Shown: positions 33,201 through 45,297 of the stretch, one piece after another | Numbering within the stretch: position 1 is the stretch's first letter | How the letters are laid out: each line of letters starts with the position of its first letter | NCBI GenBank assembly: GCA_004431415.1 | Contig: QPMI01000699.1 | Span: 1 to 56,855 of the forward strand | From: Cyanophora paradoxa CCMP329 | Lineage: Eukaryota > Plantae > Glaucophyta | DNA length: 56,855 nt | Direction of reading: 5' to 3' | Made by a program: the position numbers and the translations under genes | The notes under the pieces: model-generated | What the model saw: the letters and a program-made list of their open reading frames with translations, nothing else | What the model was told of the DNA's origin: nothing | Database searches by the model: none

Positions 33201-33725
33201 TTCTCACTTTCATTGACGGTGGCGGCCTCCAGAAGCTCTACGATCCCTTGTCGTCGGCCTCCATCATTTACTGCCCGAGATCGCACTTCGTCGCAGCGAG
33301 ATCCTCAGCACGCAGCAGCAGGCGAGTGAGCGCAACAGCACTGTCACATCGATTGAGCACTGCTGGAGTCAGGTGCTGTTCTTAGCCTTTGCTCATTCTG
33401 TGTTCACGTTCCAACGTTCTGCAATTGCCCGCAGTGGATCCGCACCGTTGCCACAGGGCAGCCGAGTGACACGGCAGATCAGCCCGCTCTCCAGGAGCAC
33501 TTCAAGCAGTACCTGCGTACGTTCAACTACTTCAATGATAAAGATATCGACGCCGCCGCAAAGAAGTACGTGCTCAACTCCACCGTCACGGCGATCAAGG
33601 GCGCCTACGAGGCAGCGGGCATTGTCTGGTGGAAGCGGGGCGGGAACACAGGGCGCGTTTGGCGGGCTTTGGCGCCAAGATCCCGACGGCCTAGGTCAAG
33701 CAAATTTCGTTGTATCGCCTTGTAA
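30220..33725 (+). CDS. D5: Intron-containing D5-like superfamily 3 helicase (start uncertain; 1-2 frameshifts)
   Basis: Spliced reading gives a D5_N-like LIVSFDDVAVNIRD, Walker A KIVHLEGLGNTGKST, Walker B LFIHE, KTISGHDPVSIEAKNK, motif C VVWTAGN, Arg finger DMSRRLLYLPF, and a wHTH-like QEHFKQYLR...GRVWRAL. GT-AG introns at ~30821-30921, 31145-31232, 31445-31534, 31700-31775, 32207-32285, 32455-32517, 32733-32788, 32921-32980, 33047-33109, 33373-33434. Confidence 0.8.
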
Positions 33726-33843
33726 CTTACGGTGCAGATGTAACAGAATGCAGCACACTCGCAGAGCAAATGTTTAGATGTTCAGATGTTCTCACTTGTC
33801 TTAATTGTCAGATGTACACATTGGACCGTTTCTCGAACACTAA

Positions 33844-36800
33844 TCACTTGCCTACCTCCATTGCGCTCGTTCTAACTGTGCCAGCAAGTGCCACCTCCGA
33901 GCCAAGTGCCACCTCCGAGCGCAGGCGCACGAGATCGTAGCACTTCACGAAAACCCGGTACGCGTCTGCATAGTGAAGGACTGACGTTTGCGCCGCTGAG
34001 CCCGCCTGCCTGCCCAGCACATCGCTCATCGTATCCTCCACGCATGCAAGGTACTTGCGCTTTCTGTTCTGCATAGCTCCTCCATCACGCACGCTTGAGA
34101 TCTTCCTGACGCCCCTGCATGTCTCGAACAGGTACCTTGCAACTCGCCGGGCCTGCATTGCGATGGCCTTTACGACTTGTACTTGGCGGGATCGAAGCGC
34201 GGGCACTTCGGGTCCACACTCTGCAGCTCGCGGTAAGCGCTCGGCCTTGCTCTGACGTCAGCCCGCGACACAGCTCATCGACCCACAGGACGTCCTTTGC
34301 TCGGTCGCCCTCGCCCGTCCAGCCAATCGCCCTGAATACGGCCACGAGCTTCGAGAGGTAAAGCCGGTCGCTCGACGGCTCGATTCCTTCGATGCTGTGA
34401 CCGTCCAGGAGCACCAGGCTCGCCTTCGCCTTGAGGCCAAGAGAGTAGCGCGACTCCCACATCCACTCGACGTCCCCCGCGGTGAGCGTCGCAGGGTCCA
34501 GCACCATGAAATCCGCGATTGACTGCCTCGCCAGGGAGAGGACGGTCTCGAACGCCGTGCCCTCGAGTGAGCCATCCCAGGACTCGGCAAGGGCCAAGAT
34601 CTGCGGCACGTCCATCAGTGCGGCCTTGTGCACCCAGTCGATCTCCATTTTCTGTCGCTCTTGCTCTTTCCTTGCCGAGGGCTTGCCCTGATCCGCCGTG
34701 GTCCACAGGTTCTCGGACGGGCCGACGGAGAGCTGGCGGAGCCGGGCGGCGACGCTCAGGTGCCTGGAGGGCATGGAGGCGCGCCTGTCTCCGTTGTGCT
34801 CGGCTTTCAGATCCAGGTACGTCTCCACTGCGGGCGCCTCGGTGGGGTGGCCGCGGCCGCCGGGGCCGCCGCCTGACTCGCGCCAGTGTCGTGCAGCATC
34901 CGAGGCGCGAACGGGCGTCACGCTGCACCGCCGAACGGACAGCAGCAGGTGCTCGCCCCCCTTCACCCCTGTGCCTTCGCCTGGCCCCGCAGCCGCCTCA
35001 CACGGAACAGCAGCTGTACGATGTCGTCGGCCTCCAGTAGGGGCATCTTGGCGTCGAAGATTCCGTAGATCTTGTCGAAGTGCGCATCCGAGAAGTCCAC
35101 GCCCGCCCCCAAGGCCGACGTCGCAATGACTGCGTCGCAGGTCTTGTAGCCGCCCTCCTCGGCCAGATCGAGCTTCTTCACGCGGGCCCTGCCGTCGTCG
35201 CTGTAATCAAACTGTTTGTCTTTTGCCTGCCCTATGACGATTCCGATTGTGAAGGGCCCGGGGCGCAGGCTGGGTCTCGCTCCAAGATCTCGGTGGCCTG
35301 CTTCTTAAGTGCGCTTGCCAATGCCTGCGCCCGGCCTGTCGTCTCGACGATGATCATGGCGCGCAGGCCGCCGGGGCGGCACCTTGACATCAGGTCACGC
35401 TCGACGGCGGTGGGGCTGTCGGACAGGCGTATCCGCCAGTCGCAGGTCCGCCGGTGGTTGAAGAGGAGGGCGAGCCGAGCCCTGTGGACGCCGCGACTTG
35501 CCGAGGAAAGCAAGGTCCGTGGGCCTCACGTAGCCGTCCAGCGCGACGATTTCCTGTGCGCCCTCGATTCCCCGCCAGAGACGGCGCAACGCAGGTTGCG
35601 GGGAGGCTCCGCGCCCAAGCCGCCGGCCACGGGCTCCAAGGTCGAGCTCAAGGTGAAGTGCCGCATGAGGGAGGAAGCTCGTCGAGCACGACCAGGAGGC
35701 CCCCGCCGCCGCCCTCGCCCAGGTCCTCGAGCCCCTGCCAGTCGTCCTGCACCTTGTGAGCCGAATCGATCGTGCAGATGACGACCTGGATCCTCGATCG
35801 CGGAAGCCCACGTCCCGTGAGCGCTCTGGGGGTCCTTGGGCGCCAGACGTCCGAGTAGAGCACGGCGACCGAGGGAGGGAGGCTTCGTCAAGGCGGCGCT
35901 TGAGGTCGCGAGAGAAGGCCCGACGGCAGGTGAGCACGAGGATTTTGCGCTTCAACTCGAGCGCCGGCCGTACATAGGCTTCAATCAGCGCCTTCGTCTT
36001 CCCCGTGTTGAGCCCGCTGCAGATGACGTCGATCCGACGGAGCGCCCCGGGATCGGGCCTCAGCTCGCCAAAGGTCGACTCCAGCAGCTCGGGGCTCAGG
36101 TACCGCTCGTCCACCTCTCTCACCGCAAATGGGGCATGGCCGACGGATCGCAGGGCAAGGAGGAGGACGGAAGGGCGGTGTCGAGGGAGATGCCGCGCCG
36201 AAGGTCCGTTGCGTAGGCTTTCGTCTTGGCGCCGCCTCCTCCATCTGAGAGCCTCGCCTGCAGGCTGAAGTTCCAGATCTGGAGCTCCAGGCGGGAGTTC
36301 GGACGCGCCTCCACCTCGAGCTCGAAGGCCAGCGACCCGTCGGGCTCCGTCCGCGCCTGCAGCACCCTCGACGGCTCAGGCGCAGGTGCACTCCGAGCTC
36401 ATCCCCTGCCCTCTCCAGCTCGCCCCGAACCGATGTGCTGCCCCGCAGGAGAGCGAGGGCCGCTCTAGGATCTCGCCGGCCGCCTGGTCTCCAGCGACCT
36501 GTACCCCAGCGGCCTGCTCTGTACCCCTCTCACCGCGCCTTGTTCCTCTGTCCCTCCATCGGTCCCTCTCCGCTGGCCCGCCGCCTCCGTCCCTTCTTCG
36601 GCAGTCGTCAAAGAAGTCCGCGGGCAGATCTTCCAAGAAGTTCGCAGGCAGGCCCACAGCGGGAGCCCCTTTAGCTCGGCGCAGGCTTACCCCCCGTCAG
36701 GCTCGATGCAGAGGCGGAGCTCCGACCAGGCGCGAGGCCGCCGAAGAGCAAGAGAAGATGGTGGAGGCCTCGGCGCCTGCAGAACGAAGTGCACGCTCTG

Positions 36801-37119
36801 TCCATCCTCCAGCTCGCGGAGAAGCTGACGCCCCCGTCCGGCCCACGACAGCCTTCGCGGCATCGCAAGCCGACTCGCCGGCGCAACCTGGCAAGGATTC
36901 ACGCCCGGGCGTTGCTTAGAGCGTAGACTACCCCATCGCAGGCGACCAGGCCTTGGAGACCGAGACGAACGGGAAGCATGCAAAGAGATCCTCTTCCTCG
37001 GCATCTAGATCTGCCTCCTCGGCGAAGGGCAGCTCGTCTAGCAAGTTGACGTGCATAATGTTCGTTTTGATTTCGCAGTTGATATGCATGAGTGCTTCAG
37101 AAAAAGTCGAGTGCAGCAC
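33844..37119 (-). CDS. Herpesvirus UL9/origin-binding-protein-like superfamily 2 helicase, multiple frameshifts; start uncertain
   Basis: VICSGLNTGKT (I), ILVLTCRRAFSRDL (Ia), VVICTIDSAHKV, LVVLDE (II), IVALDG (III), VIATSALGAGVDFSDAHFD (V), IVQLLFRVRRL (VI), all in UL9-family order. Confidence 0.78.
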
Positions 37120-37235
37120 AACCGACGGCCTGGCGGGCAGGAGGGGTTGGTGATCACAGCCCTGCTAGGGGTACTCAATATCATGGCATCTAGAGGGCCG
37201 GGGTACAGGCAAGAGCTCGAGCTCTGCAGACTTGC

Positions 37236-37290
37236 GGATGTGACCACCTCTTGGAAACTTCTATTAGAACTTTTCACGAGGTGGACACAA
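37236..37290. repeat. 55-bp imperfect palindrome, copy 2 (direct orientation)
   Basis: 25-bp arms match at 21/25 positions around a central T. Confidence 0.9.
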
Positions 37291-37384
37291 CATGTACAGC
37301 TGGCGACTTGCAGAGTGCACATCCTTCGCTTCAGCTATCTTGTGCGCCTTTGCTATCGCATCATGAGCGCAAGGCCGTACTCTA

Positions 37385-37853
37385 TCACTGCCGGTTGGCC
37401 TGGGCGAAAAGAGACGCGCCAGTAGCGCTTTCCTTTGATTCTGCAGACAGCTCGTCAATCATTGCTTGGACTTGGCTCTGTTCGTAGGCTCGCTTCCTCC
37501 TCTTTGTCAGACACTTGCCTTTGTTGCTTGGAAGCTTGTCGCCTGCCACAGGAACCGCCCCAAGCCGACCTCCACAGTCCATGAGCCGTAGATTCTCCCT
37601 GCGCAAGTCCAGCTTGCACCCGCTGATGCTGTCGACGCGCCAGTCGTCGTTGGGCAGGCCGAGGGGTACCCAATAGAAAATGATGAGCATAGGCCACATT
37701 CCCGTCTGGCGATACTGTGTACGGCCAGCTCTGTCCATCCGCAGAGGCTACTCGCCATTGGTACATCCAGAGCGCTGGTGCCCGTCGCTTGTCTACTGTG
37801 AAGCTCGTGTAGCCCCCGTTTGGGAGAAGGGCGAGATAAAAGCTGCACCCCAA
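37385..37853 (-). pseudogene. Degenerate HNH (HNH_3/homing-type) endonuclease, frameshifted
   Basis: FTVDK...YQWR...AYAHHFLLG, then shifted to WRVDSISGCKLDLRRENLRL; compare the family consensus VDHINGxKLDNRRENLR. The catalytic H/N residues are substituted. Confidence 0.65.
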
Positions 37854-38271
37854 TCAAATGATTCAGACATATTGCAAATGATGCCGCTGGCTAGCGCTGC
37901 GCACTTGAAGTGCTGCTCAAGCTAAGCTCACTTTGCCCTAGGCTCAGAAAATGTTGGGCCGAATCAGAAGCTGGCCGACCGAGAGGGTACAGCACTTAGT
38001 TAGCACCCCAGTGGAGTCAGCCCCACGGGGCCCAGAGGGTAAGGCAGTCTGTTAGCAGCTGTGCTTGTTGGTGTTCGCGAGGCGCGAGGGGTACGCTGAC
38101 TGTTGCTCCCCGCATAGGTTAGTGCTAGCCCCCCCTGTTAGTGTCGGGTGTACGAGATCGCAATATAACACTCAAATCTCCGTGATGCGTGTCTCACGCA
38201 AACCTCCGAGGGTTAACAATGATTCATAAAGCTCGAGAGCTGGCGGTTCGCGATTCCAGGTCGACGCCCTC

Positions 38272-38600
38272 ATATATATTCCATGGGAAATGTCGAGATT
38301 CGAGGAGATAATGGAATAATGTCAAAACCGGGCCCGGCTCATCTCAGCAGAATTTCGCCAGAATCTTCGTGATTCTCGAGATTGTGCGCGAATTCGGAGG
38401 AAATGTCAAAACCGGAAACCGGCGTGGCCCGAATTCTCGCCGAATCTCACCAGAATTTCGCCAGAATTCGAATATCCGTGATTCTCGAGATTGTGCGCGA
38501 ATTTCGGGGAAATTTCAAAACCGGAAACCGGCGTGGCCCCGAATTCTCGCCGGAGTCTCTCCAAAATTCCGCCAGAATATTCGTGATTCTCGAGATTGTG
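38272..38600 (+). repeat. ~330-bp dispersed repeat with ~105-bp internal subunits, copy 1
   Basis: TATATTCCATGGGAAATGTCGAGATTCG...; near-identical to ~45298-45625. Confidence 0.9.
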
Positions 38601-39410
38601 TCCCTGGGTCTTGGTGCCGCCCTCTTCGTCGGCCCGAGGGTCCCCAGCGCCACCCCGCCCCTCCATCCCGCCGCCTCCTCCTGGCGCGCGGGCGCCGACT
38701 CTGCTGCGCGTGCACGCGCCGACTCTGGCCATTCATGGCCATCTCCCACTATAGCTAGTAGAATGGGGCAGGAAGTGACACTGTCCTGACAATATTTAAT
38801 GTAAATAGTGTCAGATTAAAAGTGTCGGCCGGCCTGACACTACTTGGAGCGGGGCTTCTCTTCTAGTGATCTACAGCAGTCACTGAGTCTCCTACTGCAC
38901 TAAACAAGAACTAACGAACTAACGAACAAAATGAACGAGGAGGAGTGATCAGAGAGGGCACACATATTACAGACGTCGACAGGACAAGTATTGAATTGCA
39001 CTGCAGCGGGCCACGACGGAAAGCGACCGGCCGCGGCCGAGCTCAGGATCAACGCGAGCAGCTTCGAATTCGCGAGCACTGGCCATGGGACCTGGCCGGG
39101 CCCTCCGCAGGACCCGCCCCGCTGCGCATGCTCGGGCCCCCAGAGCGAGCGCCAGCAGCGGGTCGACCCCGGCCGCGCGGGGCTGCCGGCGCCGGGGAAG
39201 GCGCGCGGGGCCGCGCGCCAGGAAGGCCGCCGGGGGCGGGCGCGGGCGCGGCGAGGATGGTGGGCGTCGACTCGGTGGCGACGAAGGGGGACTCCGGGAG
39301 GGGTCTGCGGACGGCGGGGTGGGCGGGGCGGCGGGCCCGAGAAGCCAAGAGGAGGCGCGACGTGGGTGAAGGAGCAGGGGCGGGGGCGCGGTTGGGGCAG
39401 GGCCGGGGCG

Positions 39411-41227
39411 TCAGGGCGGAGAAGAAAGTGTCGTCGAGGGAGACCACCTCGCCCCGCACCTGCCGCCCCGCCCTCGGCCCGAGAGGCGGGCGGGGGCGGG
39501 GCCGGCGCGCGCCCGCGTGTGGTTGTGCCGCAGGAAGGTCGCCAGCTCGGCGACCAGCGCCCGATCTGCAGCGCGGAGCGGCGCTCGCGGGGCGGGCGGG
39601 GCGGGGCGGCGGACGTGCTTGAGAAGGTGACGACGGAGGCGCCGCACGTCGCCAGCGCCACCACGTCCACCATCGCCGCCTGCCCGCCCCGCCCCGCCTC
39701 GCCCGCGCCCCGCGGAGGGCGCGGGGCCACCTTCCACTCGCGGTGCGCGTCCCGCCCCTCCGCCGCTCCCGCAGGTGGCTCGCGTGTCGAAGACCTGCCC
39801 CGCCGCCCTGAGACGCGCTGGCCATGGCCGCGGCCCACCCACCGCGCGTCCTTGTCGGGGCGTGGAGGAAGGTGTAGCGCGGCCCGTACGCCCCCGCCTC
39901 CTCCGCAGCACCGCTGCCTGTCTGCCCCCGCCCTCGCCCCCCCGCCCCCGAGCGGGGTGGGCAGCGGACCCTTGCGACGAAGAAAAGGTGTGTTGAGGCG
40001 CGGAGGAACGGCTCCGCCGCTCCACGTACTGCCGGGCCGCCCCCCGGTCGGCCGCCCGCGGGGGCGCAGCGGGCGCCGCACCCGGGCCAGCGCAGCGGCC
40101 TCGCCTCCGACCTCTTGTCCTGCCGCCTGCCCCGCCCGCTCGGCGGCGGCGGCGTGGGGCGCAGCGCGGGGCGGGCGGACCGGACGTGGATGGAGACGCA
40201 GGGGGCGCCGGGGCGAGGCCGGCGGCGCGCAGGCCCTCCTCGAGCCAGGCCGCGCCCGCGCGTTGGAGCGCAGCAGGAAGGCGACGGCCGGCCGCGCGTG
40301 CGAGTGAGAGGGCGCCCGCCGGGTCGCTCGCCCGGCTCAAGGCGGCCTGGGCGCGGGCCCACTCGGGCCCCACTTCTCGAAGCCCGGGGCCGCGCCTCGC
40401 GGGGCGCCACGGAGCGCGCGAGCGCCGCGTCGCTCCACGCCCGAGTCGTAGTAGAGGACCGTCTTGTTCGCCTGCGCCCCGCCGCCGCGTCGCCCCGAGG
40501 CGGGGGCGGGTGGGCCGGAGCGCGGCGCGCCTCGTGCTTCCGAGCGATATGGGCGCCGCCCGCTCTGCAGGTCCCAAGTCCGAGAGGCTGCCCCGCGCCG
40601 GCGCGTGAGGCGGGCTGGGGGAGGTGCGCCGCGCCGCCGCGTCGGCGCGTCGCGCACGAGCAGGTGGAGAGCGGGAGCATGCGGCAGCCGAGGCAGCGGC
40701 ACTCCTCCGCGCAGAGATCGGTCCGCGTACCTGCCGCCGGCCGCCCGCTCTCGGCTCGGCGGGAGGGCAACTCTGAGAGGGCGAGGCGCGACGCGCGCAC
40801 AGCCAGTCTGGTGCGGGGCCACCAGAGGCACGCGCCGCGTCTGAGCACGATCCCAGACGAGGCCGTTGTGGAGCTCCGAGCCGAACCCTGCGCCCGCCGC
40901 CGGCCGCGCACTAAACCCGGGGCACGCCGCAGGGCTGCGGATGCGCGCGCGCGCCTGCCGCCGAAGCGAAAAGGAGGATCTGAGACACGCGGGGCTGCAA
41001 TCCTCGCGGGCTCGTACTGGTCCGGTAGATGACGCGCTGCCAGGCCGGGGCGTCGGCACGGCCGCGGTCGACGTCAGACGCAAACGCGCCGCTGGGCGGC
41101 TCGCGATCGGGTCGACGCCGCAGCAGGTCGAACGCACCCGAAACTCACGCATCGCTTCCACCTGCTCGTCGTTCGCGCGTCCCGAGCCTAGGCGAGCGAG
41201 TAGAGGAAGACGTATCATATCGCGCAC
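39411..41227 (-). CDS. GT23 / alpha-1,6-fucosyltransferase (FUT8)-like glycosyltransferase, intron-containing, frameshifted
   Basis: Ordered motifs GAGFGSELHNGLVW (cf. GYGCQLHH), CVSIHVR|RQDKRSEA spliced across a 54-nt GT-AG intron at 40127-40180 (cf. HVRRTDK..EA), MVDVVALATCGASVVTFSS...QIGRLVAEL (cf. D..LS...VCTFSSQVCR), VVSLDDTFF (cf. SLDDIYY). Confidence 0.65.
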
Positions 41228-42589
41228 AGCGAGAATAACTCGGTGATCTTAAGTAAAACCGAGATACCATTTCAGTGAACGACACGCAATGATGAGTCCG
41301 AAAATACCATTTAAGCTCATCTCGGCAGCATCTAAGCTTATTAAGCTATCTCGCAGGCCTGTGACCGAGCACCCGTCACCCGCGCCGCGCGCCACCAGCG
41401 AGCAGCCAATCTCGATTGCACTCACTCTCTAGCTAGCTAGCTATCAGATGCCTGAATGTCTCGCTAGCTAGCTAGCTAACCCTACATCGGCCTCGTTGAC
41501 CACCTCTTAGCTACTCGCAGCGCCATCCGCGCAGCGCCATCGCCCACTTGTCCAGCCGCCGCGCCGCTCCATGTGCTCCACCACATCCGCGGCGCTCGTT
41601 GCGCGTGCCGCGTGCCGCCAGGCGCCTGCACGCGCGAGTCACGGCAAGGCCGGCACCTAAGCTCAGCGCGGACGGAAGCTATAGGATGGACCGGCCTGGC
41701 GCGCTTGCTAGCAAGCATTCTAGCTACGTGGCGCAGCCTGGGCGCGCGCGTACCTGGTGCCAGAGGGCCCGGCCCGCGGAACGCGGAACGCAGGCCTAGG
41801 AGACCACCGAGGGCTCCTTTACGGAGTAGTCAGATCACTTAGCAAATCCGATGGCAGGACGGTGTCTTGGGCACTTGTTCGAACCTGCCATCGCGTCTCG
41901 GTCCAGAGCGTCGGAATTCGCGTCTCGGTGCTCGGAAGGGTTGCTGTCCGCCCTCAAGAGCTAGTTAGCCAGCGTGGCACCAAGTGGACGGCGGGAGACC
42001 GACCGCAGCGGGTGTCCGTTGAAGCCGATGAACGGAAGCCAAGGACCTGCGCGTGAAGAGGACAGGAATGCGCTAGGAGTCGCGGTTCAATGCTGTTGCT
42101 CGGGCGGCGCAGCGAGGCCTGCGGGACGAAGACGTTGACGAAGGCTTTTTGGATGTGTACCCTGTCCAATCGCGTACTGGTACCCCGGCCCGCGCAGCGC
42201 AGCTGCATTGCTGCTGCAACCATGTGCAATGGTCCCGCAGCTGCATCCCATCGTGCAGCTGAGCGCGTGCAAGCATACGTGTGCGAGGATGCCAAGGATG
42301 CCAAGAACTGGCGCGGCGCGATGTGGCGACAGGCAACCGATACACAGCCCGAGCCGCTAACGAGCGAAAAGCTTCGTGCGTGCCACTTCTAATACAATCT
42401 CTCCTATGAGTCCCCAGGGCTGAGTACTCCGTGGCGCAGGGAGACTCGGCGACGCAGCGCAGATGCTGACGCAGCGCGATCCATGCGGGGACCCGCCCTT
42501 CCGGCAAGCGATATAAACAGTTCGTACCACTTTCAGGAGTTTTCTCATAGACAAGTCATGGGGCCGCCGCATAGGGCCGAGGCGCGGCC

Positions 42590-43900
42590 AGGCGGAGCGG
42601 AGGCGCGCGCGGCGGCGCGGCTCGCCGGGCGGGGCGGAGGCGCGGCGGGCGGCGGCGAGGCTCACTGCACGCCGCGTAGGCGCGGCGGGCAGCGGCGCGG
42701 CTCTCTGGGCGGGGCGGAGGCGCGGCGCGCGGCGGGGCATCTCGCCGGGCGGCGCGGGAGGCGCGGCGGGCGGCGACGAGGCTCGCCGCACGCGGCGGAG
42801 GCGCGAAGGGCGGCAGCGAGGCTCTCCGGGCGGGGCGGAGGCGCGGCGGGCGGCGACGAGGCTCGCCGCACGCGGCGGAGGCGCGACGGGCGGCGGCGAG
42901 GCTCTCTGGGCGGGGCGGAGGCGCGGCGCGCGGCGGGGCATCTCGCCGGGCGGCGCGGGAGGCGCGGCGGGGCGGCGAGGCTCTCCGGGCGGGGCGGAGG
43001 CGCGGCGGGCGGCGGGGCATCTCGCCGGGCGGCGCGGGAGGCGGCGCGGCAGCGGCGCGGCTCTCCGGGCGGGGCGGAGGCGCGGCGCGCGGCGGGGCAT
43101 CTCGCCGGGCGGTGCGGGAGGCGCGGCGGGCGGCGACGAGGCTCACTGCACGCGCGGGAGGCGCGGGCGGGCAGCGGCGCGGCTCTCCGGGTGGGGCAGA
43201 GGCGCGGCGGGCGGCGGGGCATCTCGCCGGGCGGCGCGGGAGGCGCGGCGGGCAGCGGCGCGGCTCTCCGGGCGGGGCGGAGGCGCGGCGGGCGGCGACG
43301 AGGCTCGCCGCACGCGGCGGAGGCGCGACGGGCGGCGGCGAGGCTCTCTGGGCGGGGCGGAGGCGCGGCGCGCGGCGGGGCATCTCGCCGGGCGGCGCGG
43401 GAGGCGCGGCGGGCGGCGGCGAGGCTCTCCGGGCGGGGCGGAGGCGCGGCGCGCGGCGGGGCATCTCGCCGGGCGGCGCGGGAGGCGGCGCGGGCAGCGG
43501 CGCGGCTCTCCGGGCGGGGCGGAGGCGCGGCGCGCGCGGGGCATCTCGCCGGGCGGTGCGGGAGGCGCGGCGGGCGGCGACGAGGCTCACTGCACGCGCG
43601 GGAGGCGCGGGCGGGCAGCGGCGCGGCTCTCCGGGCGGGGCAGAGGCGCGGCGGGCGGCGGGGCATCTCGCCGGGCGGCGCGGGAGGCGCGGCGGGCAGC
43701 GGCGCGGCTCTCCGGGCGGGGCGGAGGCGCGGCGGCGCGGCGCATCTCGCCGGGCGGCGCGGGAGGCGCGGGCGGGCGCGGCGAGGCTCGCCGCACGCGG
43801 CGGAGGCGCCGCGGCGGCGGAGGCGCGGCGGCGCGGCCGGCGCGGCGGCGCGCGGCGGCAGGCGCGCGCCGGCGGCGCGGCGGGCGGCGCGCGCGGGCTC
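42590..43900 (+). repeat. GC-rich degenerate ~30-bp tandem repeat array
   Basis: Recurring GGCGGGGCGGAGGCGCGGCG.../GGGGCATCTCGCCGGGCGG units; related to the GC repeats inside the foldback element. Confidence 0.85.
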
Positions 43901-44698
43901 CCCGCTCAATGTGTGCAGAGATTTTGATGTGATTTTGACTAGCCTAGTAGCTCCAAATTTGCTTTGTCTCGGCATTGACACATGGCGTCATTTACGACAT
44001 GTGTAGGGGACATGCATATATATGTGCACGTGATCATGAAGGGCACGCCACAGCGAGGCGGGTTACGTGGCGGCACGGCGGTCGCGATCGCGGCGCCGGG
44101 GCATATATAGTGAGGCACGTGGGGGCACGTGCAGCGGGCATAGTACGAGTGGCCGCGCGGCATGGCCGTGGGGGGCCCAGGGCCCGGGCACGTGCACTAT
44201 AGCTAGCTCTAGGCGGCACCTTGGCCGTAATAATTTCCGAAATCTCGTTCCAACAAGCGATGCCCTTGTTAATGAGTGACATATGAGGCTTGTTTAAGCC
44301 TTTATATGATGGCAACACACATGCTGTTGTTGACTGGGAATGGAGTCACTCACCCGTGACCGACTCGGCGAGGTCAGTTTCATGATGACAGAGTTGGATG
44401 AGGTCATGATCAAGATGCATGATGTCAGGCTTGAGAGCTCGTCAGACGTTTTGCGGCTCTTACAGGTTAGATTACTTTGCGAGTCCCGACCTTTTTATAT
44501 ATCCTGAAAGTTCTTTTCATTGTCCTTCTTATGATGTACTCTGATGTAATAGAGCCAATTCTATCAAAGATATTCAGTTCGAAAAGAAACTTCTGTGGAT
44601 GGCACATGGTGCCCTGGTCTCGCTCTTGCCATCCCACTAGGGCCGGGGCACCCCCGCATCTTATAGATTCTGAATCCATGTATACCACATGTTGTTTT

Positions 44699-45180
44699 CT
44701 CAGGGCTGGATGAGCGCGGGCCCGCCCTGGAGGCCGGGCGTGGTTCCGCGGGCCATCATTCTCTGATGACCCCCTCACTCCCTCGAGGCGATTCTTCTGT
44801 GTCGCGCCCGGCGGCCCCGGCTCACCTTATATAAACTGAATCCCAATGTAATCGATGTTGGTTCTCAGGGCTCGGATGCAGGCGCGGGGCCCGCCCTGGG
44901 GAGGCCGGGCGTGGTTCCGCGGGCCCATCATTCTCAGGTGCCCCCCTCACTCCCTCGAGGCGATTCTTCTGTGTCGTGCCCGGCGTCCCCGGCTCACCTT
45001 ATATAAACTGAATCCCAATGTAATAGATGTTATTTCGCAGGGCTCGGATGCAGGCGCGGGGCCCGCCCTGGGAGGACGGGCGTGGTTCCGCGGGCCCATC
45101 ATTCTCAGGTGCCCTCTCACTCCCTCGAGGCGATTCTTCGAATTCTGTGTCGCCCCCGGCGGCCCCGGCTCACCGGCTTA
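44699..45180 (+). repeat. Three tandem copies of a ~168-bp unit
   Basis: CAGGGCTCGGATG...GTGGTTCCGCGGG...CTCACTCCCTCGAGGCGATTCTTC at ~44700, 44866, 45038. Confidence 0.85.
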
Positions 45181-45297
45181 TATCAGAGTAATAGTACCAG
45201 CTTCTGGAATGCCCGAATGTATTTACTTTGCCTTCGCGGCCCGCTTTATAGCTAGCTATCTGTAGTGAATTCTGGACATTGTCGTGAGATTATGCGT

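Noticed and set aside
40440-40470. VLYYDS as a Ulp1 protease motif
   Set aside because: No HW or QxxxxDCG motifs; the surrounding motifs fit a GT23 fucosyltransferase better.
44020-44200. Cluster of four CACGTG (G-box) motifs
   Set aside because: No identifiable downstream gene, so not supportable as a promoter.
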